A DNA stretch of 63,229 nucleotides, filler included, from Octopus bimaculoides (Eukaryota): assembly GCF_001194135.2 (NCBI RefSeq). It is 8 parts of 8 records of this genome, joined end to end, with 100 filler letters (N's around TTAATTAATTAA, not from the genome) between each part and the next. Parts side by side here need not be neighbours in the genome. Positions count along the whole stretch, not along the records: positions 11,551 to 23,640 come from NC_068985.1; positions 23,741 to 43,021 come from NC_068984.1; 6 more parts are not named here. One strand, written 5' to 3'. Positions 12,800 to 27,296 of the stretch are shown here, in pieces. The translations under genes and the position numbers were made by a program. The notes below the pieces were generated by a model. It made no database searches and was not told the DNA's origin. It saw only the letters and a list, made by a program, of their open reading frames with translations. Position 1 is the stretch's first letter, and each line of letters begins with the position of its first letter.

Positions 12800-13130
12800 T
12801 TTTTGTTGTGGTTTTGACGCTTTAAAGTACACGTAGTCGATAAAAGTAGAGGCTGACATGCGTGGTTGCATCTCCGGTGTGTCTTTTGATTATAGATATT
12901 TGATGTTGAGAGATTGATGTATCCCAATGTGGGATGTAGCAACGCTTTGAAGGTCTCCGTTAATAAAGACAATGTTTTGACGTGCGTTGGTTAATTTAAT
13001 GTATGTGGATGATGTTTGTACACGTTGCGAAGAGTGGAATCATCTGCATAGATGTGAGTGGTGTTAGAGATAACAGCAAATAATAGAGGAAGGAGTGTTT
13101 CAGAGACATAACCAAACTTCAGGGATCCTC
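12800..13130 (-). mobile_element. Decayed CR1-like reverse transcriptase fragment
   Basis: The minus strand encodes THIYADDSTL (YADD catalytic motif) at about 13,030-13,059. Confidence 0.65.
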
Positions 13131-13387
13131 CCATCCACCACTGTTACGCCAGTTTCATTTTGATGGATTCAAATTTTGGCACAAGACCAACAATTTCGGG
13201 GAAGAGTATAAGTCGATTACATAGATCCCAGGGCAGAATTGTTACTTATTTCATCCACCCCGAAGTATAAAAGGTAACGTTGACTTCGGCGGAATTTGAA
13301 CTCAGAATGTAAAGGCGGAGAAAATGCTGCTAAGCATTTTTCCCGGCGCGCTAAACCTTCTGCCACCTCGAATAATAATAATAATAA

Positions 13388-13446
<59 letters not shown>

Positions 13447-13451
13447 GTTGG

Positions 13452-13482
<31 letters not shown>

Positions 13483-13648
13483 ATTATTATTATTGAATAA
13501 TCAAATAAATAACACTTAATTGATTTTATTGGACGTCAAGGGTCTTAGGCGTTCGAGACAGAATATGAAGGAGAAAATAATAACATGCAATATATGCCAT
13601 TGATGATGATGATGATGATGATGATGGCGGTAGTGGTGAGGATGATAG

Positions 13649-13689
<41 letters not shown>

Positions 13690-15677
13690 GGTGGTGGTGG
13701 TATGGTGGTGGTGATGATGGTGATGAAAAAGATGGTGGTGCTGGTGGTGCTGGTAGTGGTGGTGATGATGATGATGATGANNNNNNNNNNGGAGGAGTGG
13801 TATGTCGATGACGACGACAACGAGCACGGCGACGATGTGAAAGACATGATAATTATATTAGCGGTAGTCGTGTTTCAATCGTCGATGGAGTGTGTCTTTG
13901 CTATTGTATATGATGACAATGACAACGATTATAGTTTTACATCTAATGATGGTAATGAACACTTTGATGATGGTTCTAAAGGGATTTATTGATGTGACAG
14001 TCTCTGTAATTATGTAAGATGTTAATGCCAATGTTTGTCTTGTTGTTGTTGTTGTTAGTATGTCTAAATGACGATGCGATTCTCCTTGTAGTAGTTGTGA
14101 TGAGTGTGATTGTGGTGATAATGTGCTTAAATCATACCAGCACTCAGCTAGATGTTAGAGCTAGAATTAACACTGATATGTCTTGCAGTCGTGATGATCG
14201 CGATTGTTATTGAGATTTTATTACACAGCTTAATGTGTCGCTGCTGCTGCTGCAGTCGTTGGTTTCAACGGTGGAGTTTCAGTTGAGCCAGCTACAAATG
14301 GCCACCATAAATTTTAGATCATTGTTGCTGCAGTTGCTCCTGCTGATTATATGTACCTGCGTCTAAATTACGGTTCACTTAACCTTCAGTCAAAGATTTC
14401 ATTACGTAATATAGCAGTGCCTTTTCTTAAGACGATGGGTGTGATTTCTCGGTAATCTCTTTGCTGTTTCTGGCGGATCAATTGTTAGTTTGATTGATTT
14501 AAAATTCATGGTAATAATATTGGTTTCAAATTTTGGCACAAGATCAGCATTCTTGAGGAATGAGTAAGTCGATTTCATGAAAATTAGTGTTCAAATGGAA
14601 TTCGTTTTATCGAGTCCGAAAGTATGAAAGTCAAAGTCGACTTCGGCGGAATTTGAATTTGAACGCAAATACGATCGAAATGCTTCTAAACGCTTTATCC
14701 GGCGTGCTAACCATTCTGCCATCTTGTCATCTTTGATGATGATAATATTGCAAGATATTATGATGTATTACAAGTTGCTATGGCGTGTTGTTAGGTATTA
14801 AAGTATATCACATTATATTATAGTAGATTATATACTGGTACATTACAAGATATGATATATTTCTAGCTACTGAGGTTTATTACAAGGTATCAGGATTTCT
14901 TGCGAGGTATTATGTAAGATATGATATAATACGAGATATAATTGTGTATTAGAAATATTGCGATTTAAGATATGATAGTATATCACTAGGTTTTACAGTG
15001 TATTACAAGATATTACCGTGTATCACAATATGTTATGGTATATTACAAGACACAGGGGCATATTGGAAATATTATGCTGTATTATGAAAGGGCGTGACCT
15101 AGTGGTTTCCATTGTCAGACTGACAGGGCGTTGCGTTCTTGTGAAAAGCTGTCCTTTCAGTTGAGTGTGTAATCTTGCGACAAAATAACGTTTCTTTCCG
15201 GGTGAACGGATGCCACTCTGCCTACCCAGTTGGGTGCCATCATTCAAAATTTACAACAATGTAAACAAGCGCATTGTGGTCAATGGTGTATAACAAAACA
15301 CGGTGTTTGGTCGATGCAGTGATTATATTGCAATACAAGATATTGCTTGTTACAAAGCTATCGTGGTGCTCGAATTACAGTACTGCAAACCATCAAGTTA
15401 CGTAAAAGCTACAAACCTAATTTTGAATTCTAACGCAGATGCTATCATTGAAACTTTCCTAGTCTACACTCAAACGAGTGGCTACGCTGTAATTAATAGA
15501 CGACGCGGGTTCAAGGACAATTGAATCCCCAGAGACGAAGTTGAAATTTAGATAAGAAAAAAAATGTCGATTCACCCTCGTTCTGTGTGTCGCTAACATT
15601 GATCCGAAGCAACAGTTTTGCTGTATTACATTATATATGTATTACATACAATAATTGGGAATTAATCTCCTTCTCCC

Positions 15678-15767
<90 letters not shown>

Positions 15768-17185
15768 ATATTAGCTTGATATTTATTGGATATTCTCTGC
15801 GGCCATTTTTTTCTTTTAGTTTTTCTGTATGTATACAAGCATTCTGTATTTAGGTTTGTGAATATGGATATAATTCTTTGCTTTGTTCTTTCTTTCAGTG
15901 TATTTTAATAGTTATTGTTTATTGTGCAAAGCTGCATAAATTATGCTGGAAAAATAAATGAATTAAAATGGGTATTCCATCCATGTAATTTTGTCAAGAT
16001 ATTATCGGCAATAAATTGTTGTCAGAAAATTTACATATTTTGCTGCAATATTTCAGCTACATTCTTCATATTTTTACGGCCTTAATATTCACGTTTTATG
16101 AATAATCTGTGAATATGTACGTGTAGGTGTGCGAGTGGGTGTGTTGTGACATTTGTGTGCGTATGAGTATGTTTGTGCATGTGTGTGTGTGTGGGTGTGT
16201 GTGTGTGTGTGTGTGTGTGTGTCTGAGTGTGTGTGTGTATGTGTGTATATAATTTCCAATATTTTGAAACCTTTCATATGTGTTTTAGAATTTAGTGTGT
16301 GATTTACACATACATATACATCGACAAATTCATAGAGGCATACACACACCATGCATGTATGTATGTATATATTTATAGATATATATGTGTGTGTGTGTGT
16401 GTGTGTATATATATACAGTGTTATGTGTGCGCGTGTGTGTGTATGCGTATATGTACATGTGTGTGCATGTATATGCATACATATATGTGAATGTGCTTGT
16501 GTATGTACTCGTGTGTGTGTGTGTATGTAAATTCCTGTCACTTGGGTGTGCATATATTTATGCGTTTGTTTATGTCCACGTATGCATATTTGAAGATGTA
16601 TGTATATAATATTATGTTGTGTCTCGTGCATATTTGAATTACGAGTTGATTGTCTGCTGTTAATATTTCCTTTGATTACTAACGCATCACTTATTCATCA
16701 ACAACCAATCGGCACAAGCTATTGAAATCAATCAATGCTCTGTCTACTCAACTGTTATCTCTATGCTAAATACTACATTCAACGTCTAACAAAACACCGG
16801 GTTTCTATAGTTTTACATGAAAACATGGCGGCCATTTATTGCTCTGGTAATGTTTTTTCATTTAGCCTTGTTTTCAATAGAATTTGGACCATTTATCTTT
16901 TAAATAGGTTACGTCCCCCAACAGAATTTCTGTCCAGAGCAGGGCCAATTAGATGAAAGATAATACATGATCAAAGAAATCTCTCGTAGACTTGTATTTT
17001 GTAAGTTACGATTCCTAAGGGTACCAAATAGCAACGGAAAAAAATGGCGGCCGAACAATGTATCAATTCTTTTTGAACTAAAGTTTAATGGTAAATATAT
17101 AAAACATGTGCTCGTGTGGATAAATATCTATTGTCCAGAGACATTTCATCCATTATGGATGAATGAACGGAGAGAGAAGCGTATA

Positions 17186-17249
<64 letters not shown>

Positions 17250-17549
17250 GTGTGTGTGTTTGTGTGAGTGTGGATGTGTTTACGTGTGTGTGAGCACGAT
17301 TTTGTGTTTGTGTGTGTGCGCGCGCGAGATTTTGTGTGTGTGTGTGTGTGCGTAGATACGTATGTGTGTATGTATACAGCCGGGCACTATAAACAGGAGA
17401 ATAGATGGATGGACAGTTGGGTGGGTGGTATAATATTATGGAGAATGATGTATACATTCTATAGATGTTTGATCGTTATCAGCAGCCGATGTTCTGTTGC
17501 TTGTATATCGGCTATGTCTGTATTTGTATTATAATGAATAATTACTGGC

Positions 17550-18480
17550 GTTGGATTGATTGGTTGAAAATACCAAAATGTTTTCTAGTATTCAACATTA
17601 TTACTTGTTGTAAATATGACTGTCTGACTGACTGTTCGGAGCCGATCATCATATTACTGGAAGGAAGTAGAATTCGATAGTGAACAGTAAGCGTTGTATC
17701 TACAAATTGTTATTGACTTTAATCAGGGTGTGTGCATTTATTTATTCACTTCTTGTCCGAGATTTGAGGTTTGTGGTGACAGGATTATTTGAAATACGAT
17801 AGTGGGTCTTTTCGTTGTATTTATGGTCCATGTGAAATAGAGGTTTTGAATTATTCACTGCATGTTAAAGGAACATTCGTCAAACCGACACGAAACCAAC
17901 TGTTTACAGTTGTCAATGGACTTTATGTCTTCATTTTGTACAATATTTCTTATGGTGTACCTATATTTAATCTGCTAGCCCACCAGGTTATTTAAACTGT
18001 CAAGCCAGAACGTTGTAGGCGGTATACCGTAAAAATTATTTGATTATAATTTTGAAAATACTTTTCTTCAAACAAAAATCTGTCTGCTTTGTAGCTTCAA
18101 AATATATCTGGAGTCGGTCTCTCCAGTTGTATTTTATTCAATATTACTGATTTGTTTCTTTTTCTATTTCCATATAGTGTAAATGATAAATAGCAGCCAA
18201 GTTGGAAAGAACAACATTGGGTGAATTTGTTCATAGATTGCTGTATCTGTAAATTATTCGTAAAATTCATACCACTCTCTTCCTCGTCTCCCCTTATCTC
18301 TGTATATCTCAATCTCCTCGCAATTTAGGACTTGGAATATTTGCGAGATGCGCCTTATTGCATCCAAAACGAAGTTGTATATAAAATTTCGTGTGTTCCC
18401 TTGAAATGAAAACATTATATCCAACCAGCCATCTTGAAAAGTAATTGAAATATTACGACACAAACGTAAATGGTTTTGAG
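17550..18480 (-). mobile_element. Possible MULE transposase remnant
   Basis: Minus-strand TTSNNVEY resembles MULE RTNNxxEGW. Otherwise degenerate. Confidence 0.3.
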
Positions 18481-19458
18481 TCTCACTCAAAAAATGAGTA
18501 GATGACCTAACGAAGTAGCAACTGAATGAGTGCCCAACCTGGGAGAAATTTCAAGCAAATATCTCTCAAATCATAAACAAATGCTTTTAAAAAGGAAGGT
18601 CACATTGAATGGATGTACTCTGCCTGAAAAAGATGGATAGTCGCAGCTAGAGTGTCTTTGACCATATGTCAAGGTTGACTAAAGGTTAAAAAAACAGCAA
18701 ACAACTAAATGAAATAAGGAACGGATTAATGACTGGATGCATTGACTAATGAGTGAATGACAATATATGTAAGCTAAGATAATGAATGTCGGAGCATGTT
18801 ACACCTTTTATATTAGAATTAAAGTATATAAAAGATAATACAAACAATGCAAGATAAAGGAAGTATATACACTGTTACAGCACGTACGTAAAGCAGTAAA
18901 TTGTCATCCCGCGGTATTTTATACATGATATTCACGTATCATGCCTGGAATAAATCTAAAGAAAATATGTATAAGCGTAGAATTAATAGAGATAAACAAA
19001 AGAAATATAAAAGCGGGAGATTTATATCAGTCTTTCTGTATATCTTTTGAAATGTGGTTAACTCTTGCACCTTCGTAATTATATAGGTAAAATTTTAAAA
19101 TGAAATAGGGAGGAAAATAGCAGATAGAGAAATAGATAGTTAGATTTACAGGTAGTAATGGGAAAAAATAGTAAGAAGTAAGAACGAAAAGTGTCATATC
19201 ATTTACTCATGAAGCAACAGTGGTGCCGGGGTAGAAAATGGCGGCTATGATTTAGCTAATAGATATTTCGACAACTAAATTGATGGATGGATAATGTCAA
19301 CAATAGTTATCGATCATTTTATTTCGACATCTACTGCTACAGCAGTGGATAATAGGACGCACAAACATGAGAGTATACGCTACGAGTTGAGCATATTATT
19401 ATTACTATTATAAGTTGTTGTTGATAGTGGCGATGGAGTTATGATGCCAACAGCCTTC

Positions 19459-19491
<33 letters not shown>

Positions 19492-21244
19492 CATGAGAGT
19501 GTGCATGTGTGTGCACACGAACATGTGTATATGTGTATGCGTGTGCGTAATCAAATATATATTTTCAGTATAAGGAAAAAGCTGAATAGTTTTTCTTTGT
19601 TTCGTTTGTGCTTTACATTCAGATCTAATTTGGGTATTTTATTTCTGTTTGTGTTGTTCAAATTTAGTTGTCACATATTGATATAAACTTTTCATATATA
19701 TACATATAAATATATATACATATGTATATATANNNNNNNNNNNNNNNNNNNNNNNNNNNNNNNNNNNNNNNNNNNNNNNNNNNNNNNNNNNNGTGTGTGT
19801 GTGTGTGTGTGTGTATGTATGCATGTATGTATTTACGTTCATACATACACAAATTCAAAAGCATCGTATTATTTTCCAATAATCCTACGTTAAAGCACAA
19901 TGTTTTCTTTAACAAAGAAAATCTATTATTCATACATTACACACAAGCGCGCATACGCGCACAAACACGTATATATATATATATATATATATAATCGAGA
20001 AAATTATCCATTGTACTTGGCTACCCTGATATTTTGTCAGCCAGTTATTGTGGTAACATATTATTTTGTAACATGTAATGGAATGTAAAAATAATACATT
20101 ACTAATATTATATCTATTTTATAGAAACTAAAATTTTAACAAAGAAACAGTTAAATAGTTTATTCCTGAGATGCATATGAGTACCTCCATGTTGAACATG
20201 TAAAAGCGAAATTATCTGAAAAAAAATATGTATCATAAATTCGTATGTTATAAGTTCATATACATTGGAAGTCAGTGGTGTCATTCGTTTCTATACATTG
20301 TTCCTTCTTACTCAGTTCACCTAGGTATGGAAAAGAAATTTATATCAAAATTTTGATTATGGAAATGAATCAAATCTACTGGATTGTATTCTACAGGCCA
20401 CATATCTAGTCTCTATAATGACATCTGTATAATCTTTCACATCACGATAACTTTCATACCTAGTATCTAGATATCACCTGCCTCATACCTTTTACTTCTG
20501 TAAATAAAATACCTTGATAACTTTCTGTAATTTGAACATAACAACATAACCTCATACTTAAAAAAAAAATCCAGTCAGTACACACGTACATATTTAAAAT
20601 TACATATTACATAATACAATGTACATGTTATTCAAAAACGTAACTTGAAAATACAGAAAACAAAATCGGAGAGATCTTTATAAAATATTTAGCCTCATCA
20701 TCCTTCGTGCGTTTCATTAACAATGAATGCGCATCGGTAATCTAATTTAAATTGTATAAACCAACAACATTGTCACATCTTCAGAAATATGTCAAATCTC
20801 TTGTGATTACATTAGATTAGTGACAGTATTGCCAATCGTTGGTATTGCAACAAATACACTCTTAGGTGCATGCCTCTATCTGAAATGCCTTGGCACCGAG
20901 CGATAGGTTTTTGACTTGCACAGGTTCCTCCACTCTGGCCGATGATTCCTTAGGAAGCCTTATGCGGAGTCACTCGCTTATAAGTGAAGTGTTGACATCA
21001 TACCTTCACTTGGTTTAGCCCTCCAACTGAAATGGATTGCTAGCGTGTGGTGCTAGGAGCCATCATGTGCGAAATTAAGAGTTGAATGTGGAGCACTGAG
21101 GCCTGTTCACCTGTTCACGCCTGACAACGTGCAGCTGCAAGACATCTAAGGTACGGCCTCTATTCAGAGTCTCCTACACTCTATGAATAGGATAAATTAC
21201 ATAATGTATTTCTCTATATCATTAAAACAAATTAGATAATACAG

Positions 21245-21284
<40 letters not shown>

Positions 21285-21732
21285 CAGGCGCGTGGCCTGA
21301 AGGTCAAATAAGAATGCCTTTTTAGAGACAATCATTATATTAACATCTTAGAAAGAACGAACACACATACACACATACACACATACAAACACACGCACAG
21401 GCATACATTTATTTACACGTGCCTACACGGATATGTGCATGTACACCAGTACGGATAGACAAGTCAGGATCTCAAACAAAGATGAGTACACAAAATAATA
21501 ACCATGACACTGCTATAAAAAACACAATCATATTCAGATACACACACTAGAAAACACATACAGACACACACAGTATTTTACATATTACAATGATTTGTAT
21601 TCCTATATAGTGTGCTATATTTTCTTTCTCTATTCGTGTTACGTAGAGTCTTCAGGTGTGGTTTATGTACCGATGTAAATCAAAACAAAGACAACAATAC
21701 AGATACAAATGTGTGCGTATATATGAATACAT

Positions 21733-21810
<78 letters not shown>

Positions 21811-22539
21811 NNNNNNNNNNNNNNNNNNNNNNNNNNNNNNNNNNNNNNNNNNNNNNNNNNNNNNNNNNNNNNNNNNNNNNNNNNNNNNNNNNNNNNNNNN
21901 NNNNNNNNNNNNNNNNNNNNNNNNNNNNNNNNNNNNNNNNNNNNNNNNNNNNNNNNNNNNNNNNNNNNNNNNNNNNNNNNNNNNNNNNNNNNNNNNNNNN
22001 NNNNNNNNNNNNNNNNNNNNNNNNNNNNNNNNNNNNNNNNNNNNNNNNNNNNNNNNNNNNNNNNNNNNNNNNNNNNNNNNNNNNNNNNNNNNNNNNNNNN
22101 NNNNNNNNNNNNNNNNNNNNNNNNNNNNNNNNNNNNNNNNNNNNNNNNNNNNNNNNNNNNNNNNNNNNNNNNNNNNNNNNNNNNNNNNNNNNNNNNNNNN
22201 NNNNNNNNNNNNNNNNNNNNNNNNNNNNNNNNNNNNNNNNNNNNNNNNNNNNNNNNNNNNNNNNNNNNNNNNNNNNNNNNNNNNNNNNNNNNNNNNNNNN
22301 NNNNNNNNNNNNNNNNNNNNNNNNNNNNNNNNNNNNNNNNNNNNNNNNNNNNNNNNNNNNNNNNNNNNNNNNNNNNNNNNNNNNNNNNNNNNNNNNNNNN
22401 NNNNNNNNNNNNNNNNNNNNNNNNNNNNNNNNNNNNNNNNNNNNNNNNNNNNNNNNNNNNNNNNNNNNNNNNNNNNNNNNNNNNNNNNNNNNNNNNNNNN
22501 NNNNNNNNNNNNNNNNNNNNNNNNNNNNNNNNNNNNNNN

Positions 22540-22573
<34 letters not shown>

Positions 22574-23763
22574 AGGTCCATAATAAAACCTGCTATCTTA
22601 ATAGTTACCAAAAATGGAGTTATATATATAAATATATATATGTACGTATGTATGTATGTATGTATGTATGTATGTATATGAGAAGAGAGACAGGTAAAAA
22701 GAAGGTAAGAGATATCGTGTTATGATAATTTCGAGTCGTTATTTGTGACGCCATTTTCAACTCAATAGTAATTTTTCGAATTCCGATAGATTTACAGAAG
22801 CGAGATAGGCAAATTTTAGTTATCCCCCTTACCAGCTCAAGTTAGCTATTATAACACAGTGGTATCTGAAAAATTATTAAGTTACAGTTGGCGGTCAGGT
22901 AATATATCTATCATCTTATAGAAACGGCAAAATCGATCGTTTGTATTTTTGCCGTAGATATTCTACCTTCTTTGTAGATGAAAGGCTGCTAGAAATTTCA
23001 TTTGGTTTGATGTTGTGAGGATTTTACACAAACCGATTTTGTCACGTTATCAGCTGGCTGATAAAAGAAGAAAGTTATCGATAATTTAAGACAGTGAGGT
23101 GAGCACTGTGTGTAGCAAGTTCTAGAAAGCTATATCAATCTCCCGTTTTTGCCATCTCACTTCAGCTGCGTAGCTATTACCCATGTGAAACGCATGTGTG
23201 TCATATGATTTAAAATTCTCAAGGCAGAAAGCCTATACAAGAATTCGATAATTCACGTCACAAGCGATATGATAAGTGATAAAAATTACAACTTAAAAAG
23301 CGTTTTTTTTTTCTGTCAGTATATGTGGCTGCGTGAGCGCGCGCAAGGAGAACAGTTTTATTAGTTTGCTATAGGCATTCGCTAAAAGTAAAATTATAAC
23401 AAGATAAGATATCGAGATAAGTTTAAATTTGAAGTGTTGAATTTGGAATGAGATTGATATAACACTTGACTGGTCGGTGATTTTATGTGATACATTCGAG
23501 AATTGAAAAAGTCTTTGGTATACGATTAGAATCAACACAGCGAATGAATATACGATATATATACATGTATATGGGTGTTTGTGCATGTATGTGTGCATGT
23601 GAGTTTGTGTATGTATATGTACGTGTATATATATATATATNNNNNNNNNNNNNNNNNNNNNNNNNNNNNNNNNNNNNNNNNNNNTTAATTAATTAANNNN
23701 NNNNNNNNNNNNNNNNNNNNNNNNNNNNNNNNNNNNNNNNACATATATACATACATATGCATA

Positions 23764-23802
<39 letters not shown>

Positions 23803-23811
23803 CTGTGTGTG

Positions 23812-23846
<35 letters not shown>

Positions 23847-23867
23847 ATATGTATATATATATATATA

Positions 23868-23918
<51 letters not shown>

Positions 23919-24454
23919 TCTTTGTATCTGTGTTTGTCACCCCCTCCCTCATTGCTTGACAACAGGTACTGGTGTGATTGTGTCCCCATAATTTAGCAGT
24001 TCAGCAAAAGACGCAAAGAGAATAAGTACAAGGCTTAAAAAAGAAGTACTGGGGTCCATTCGTCCATTCATTTGAATAAAAATTCAAGGTGGTGCCCCAG
24101 CATGGCCACAGTCTAATGACTGGAGCAAGTAAAAGATACATGTCACTCTTTAGCTTCTTCTGATTATTGATAAAATAATTTAGGATGGGCTTCCATACAG
24201 TTTCTGTGTACCAAATTTACTCACAAGGCATTGATTGGCCCAGGGCTATAATAGAAGACACTTGTTCAAGGTGCTGTGCAGTGGGACTGAACCTGGAACT
24301 GTATGGTTACAAAGCAAACTTTTTAACCACCAATTCCTATCAGAGCAAAGAGAAGGAGCAAAGAAAGAAGACTGTAACAAATAATAGATCTTGTACTGTG
24401 TAACGTTAGAAAGTGTATCATTATTGGCTCAAACATATTGTAGTGTTTCATTAA

Positions 24455-25660
24455 TTTTTTTTTAAGCAATTTTTTTCCCAAACAAAGCTTAGGGCTATTA
24501 CAGTGTGAGTGTCTTCAAAGAAAGAAAAGAAGGGGTCTCAGTCTAGGGGAAAATAGAATGATGGTAGTGAGTTCCAGAGAACAGCAATTGGAGGAAAGAA
24601 CTTATTACAATAAAAGGACTTTATGTCTAACAGGAAGCTCAACAAAGAAATAATGCTGCAAGGAAGAGATATGGGTAATACATTGAAAGGTCTTGACAAA
24701 GAGTATTAGAGCAGGAAGTTCATCAGAGCCAATGACCATGAAAATACTCATAGAAAAGACACAACAAAAATACATTTTGACAATGAGCCAATGACTTCAA
24801 CGTAGGTGAAAGAAGAGGACCCACCATGTTAACAGAAAAAAGACTGTAAGAGTTAAGGTGTCTGACCAAAACCACATTAATAACAGAATCAAAGACTTTA
24901 CTAATCACAGGAAGGAGACTTATAGGATGATAATTGTGTGCACCTGACTTTTCCTCACTATTCTTAAATACAATAACAAAGATTTCCAACAAAACAGAAA
25001 GCAAAACTCAGATAGAAGTTTGTTGAACAAATTCAAATAAAGAGTGATTAGTTTGAGACTACATCACTACAAAACAACGACCATATGCCATCAGAACCAC
25101 TAGCCTTTGATGGATCCAGTTTCACAATTACAGCTGAAACCATTTCAGCTGTAATATGCAAGAAGGTAAGGTTGTTACGAATCCTTGCATCAAACTTGGG
25201 CAGTGGATGATCTGTGTCATCTTAAATAGAATTAGTAGTGAACAACTAAGCAAATGGCTTAGCCTTGTCATTTGAAGTTGTAAGAACTGGTACATGAAAA
25301 GGAGGAGGAACAGACAATTGCCCTTTTTGTAGATTCTCTATAAGTTTTGAAAGAGGTAAGATGGTTGTGGATGTATTGGATGTACTGAGACTTTGCAGTC
25401 TCTATAACCCTCTTGCAGTTGTTGAAAGCAGTGCAAAAATCCTGCTTACTCTCATTTGTTTTCTGCTAATATGTGTGAAAGAAGTGGTTTCTGTGAATAA
25501 GAGCTGTTAAACATGCAGGAGAGAATGTCAGTTTGGATCCACAAAGCAAGACTCAGACACACATTCTTCACCATTAAGTTCAAACACTTCATTCCATGAG
25601 GCATCTCAAACGAAGTTTCTGAAGCAGTCCCAGTCACTCCTGAATAGTGTTCTATAAAAA
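24455..25660 (-). mobile_element. Decayed, internally deleted CR1/Jockey-clade LINE
   Basis: VFKNSEEKSGAHNYHPISLLPVISKVFDSVIN (RT domain start) and FFPPIAVLWNSLP (typical CR1 C-terminus) on the minus strand. Confidence 0.8.
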
Positions 25661-26129
25661 GGGATTCCTGAACTGATTTTATGCTAAGAACAATATCCAA
25701 CAATACATACAATGCATAAATATTCAACCATATATAAAATTAATAAAAATTGTACACTAATACAAAACTAACAGAATGTCAAGCATGTGAGGGAGTATCT
25801 ATATGGTTGGTTGACCTGCTAGAAATAGATGCTAAATAACCCTATCATTTTATAAAAGGAGAACGCATTGTAGCATGTATTTCTAGGCAAACTGTCTAAA
25901 AAGAGATGGTATCATTGATTACATATCAGTTGGAGATAAGCATTCTCATAGTGAAACGCTAGGTTAATGGATACTTATTCTATATCCTCAGGTCAGACAA
26001 GTTTGTAAAATTGATGGTTACTGAGTATGTTTATGAGAAGTCCTTTAATTTTGTTTTACACAATTTGTTATGCTTATTGCATAAACACAAAAATCATGAC
26101 ATTTATATTAGTATGTCAGTATTATTTAC

Positions 26130-26271
26130 CATTTTGGTTCCAAGTTTCTTCCCATGCTCCAAATCCCTCTGATGTGATTCTATGGAATGGTAACGATACA
26201 GTTGAAAGGGAACAGAAACAAACTTTACATATTGTTGAATTGGTATCCATTTCATATGTATCCTGTTTTAA
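26130..26271 (-). CDS. RDM1: RDM1 coding exon 4 (LKQDTYEMDTNSTICKVCFCSLSTVSLPFHRITSEGFGAWEETWNQN)
   Basis: 142 nt, phase 0/1. Acceptor TTTGTTTTTCAG, donor ATG|GTAAAT. Resembles the recalled human SLKFFCALEVVLPSCDCRSPGIGLVEE. Downstream exons were not found in the window. Confidence 0.85.
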
Positions 26272-26829
26272 CTGAAAAACAAATAATTGATGATTTAAAG
26301 ATATTTTAATAAATTTTGTTAATTATTTCATTAAAGTGAGGCTCTGTGTAGTCACTCCACATGCTACAAATAAGCACCAAATCTTCAAGTAACACCCTGC
26401 TATCTTAGGAAGGAAAAGTTAGTCCTAGACATACTTTGTCTGAAACAGGATGGGCATAGGTGTAAAGAATTTGATCCTCGATCTGAACAATCAAAGCTAA
26501 ACAACAACATGCAAAAATTAACTCAAACTTTCCCAGAAGCAAAGATTTTTAACTTGCAGCATCCTGTCCAGCAGAGATGTTGGCCAATCTCTGAATTTGA
26601 AGACGGAAATAAGCTTAAACATACACAACTGATAAAATAGAGATTTTAAAAATTTGCCCTTTTAAATAAAATATTAACACAAACTTTCTTTTAATGTCTT
26701 CAGTAAATTTCTAATTTTAGCAAAAGGAGAACACATTGTAGAATGTATTTCTAGACATACTGTCTAAAAAGGGATGGTCATGGCTGGAATGAACCAGAGG
26801 ATAAAATAACCCTTATAGACTCAAAAGCC

Positions 26830-27290
26830 TAACCAGCAAACGGGGAGATCTAATTTTCCAGTAGGTAGCAATTGAAGTGGACACATTTAAGAAAAACTTC
26901 TTTACAATGTACCAGGTTTAGTATAGTCCTTAAGAATTTTGGCTCTCTCTGTGATGCAGATTTGGCAACTGTCATTCCCATTAATATATAAGCCTGGATA
27001 ATCTATTATTTTCCAGCTGATATCACATGGGATCCCTTGATATTTTGAGGTGCCACACATACCAATCCAGGTGGCAAACCGTCTTTCTGGGACTCTGAAG
27101 GATGATTGGTGGTTGCAGAAGCGATGTTTGAAAGATGTACTGGCTGATCTGATATATTTACAAACTTGGGATGTGGCAACATTTGCACTCCTGGTATATC
27201 TCTGATAGGCTCTGGGCCTGGGGATGCTGTTGGTAATACTGTTGCTGATGCAGTCAATATGGTGCAATGATTTGACGGTGTTATCACCAT
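26830..27290 (-). mobile_element. Penelope-like retroelement GIY-YIG endonuclease remnant
   Basis: ORF 26,902-27,267: YIRSASTSFKHRFCNHQSSFR...ISWKII...CQICITERAKIL matches the PLE GIY-YIG C-terminal pattern. Confidence 0.8.
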
Positions 27291-27296
27291 GGTTAT

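Noticed and set aside
23293-23390. LLANAYSKL as a possible missing RDM1 exon 5
   Set aside because: The resemblance to ALSDAFQKL is short, the acceptor falls mid-motif, there is no suitable donor, and it lies across an assembly spacer.
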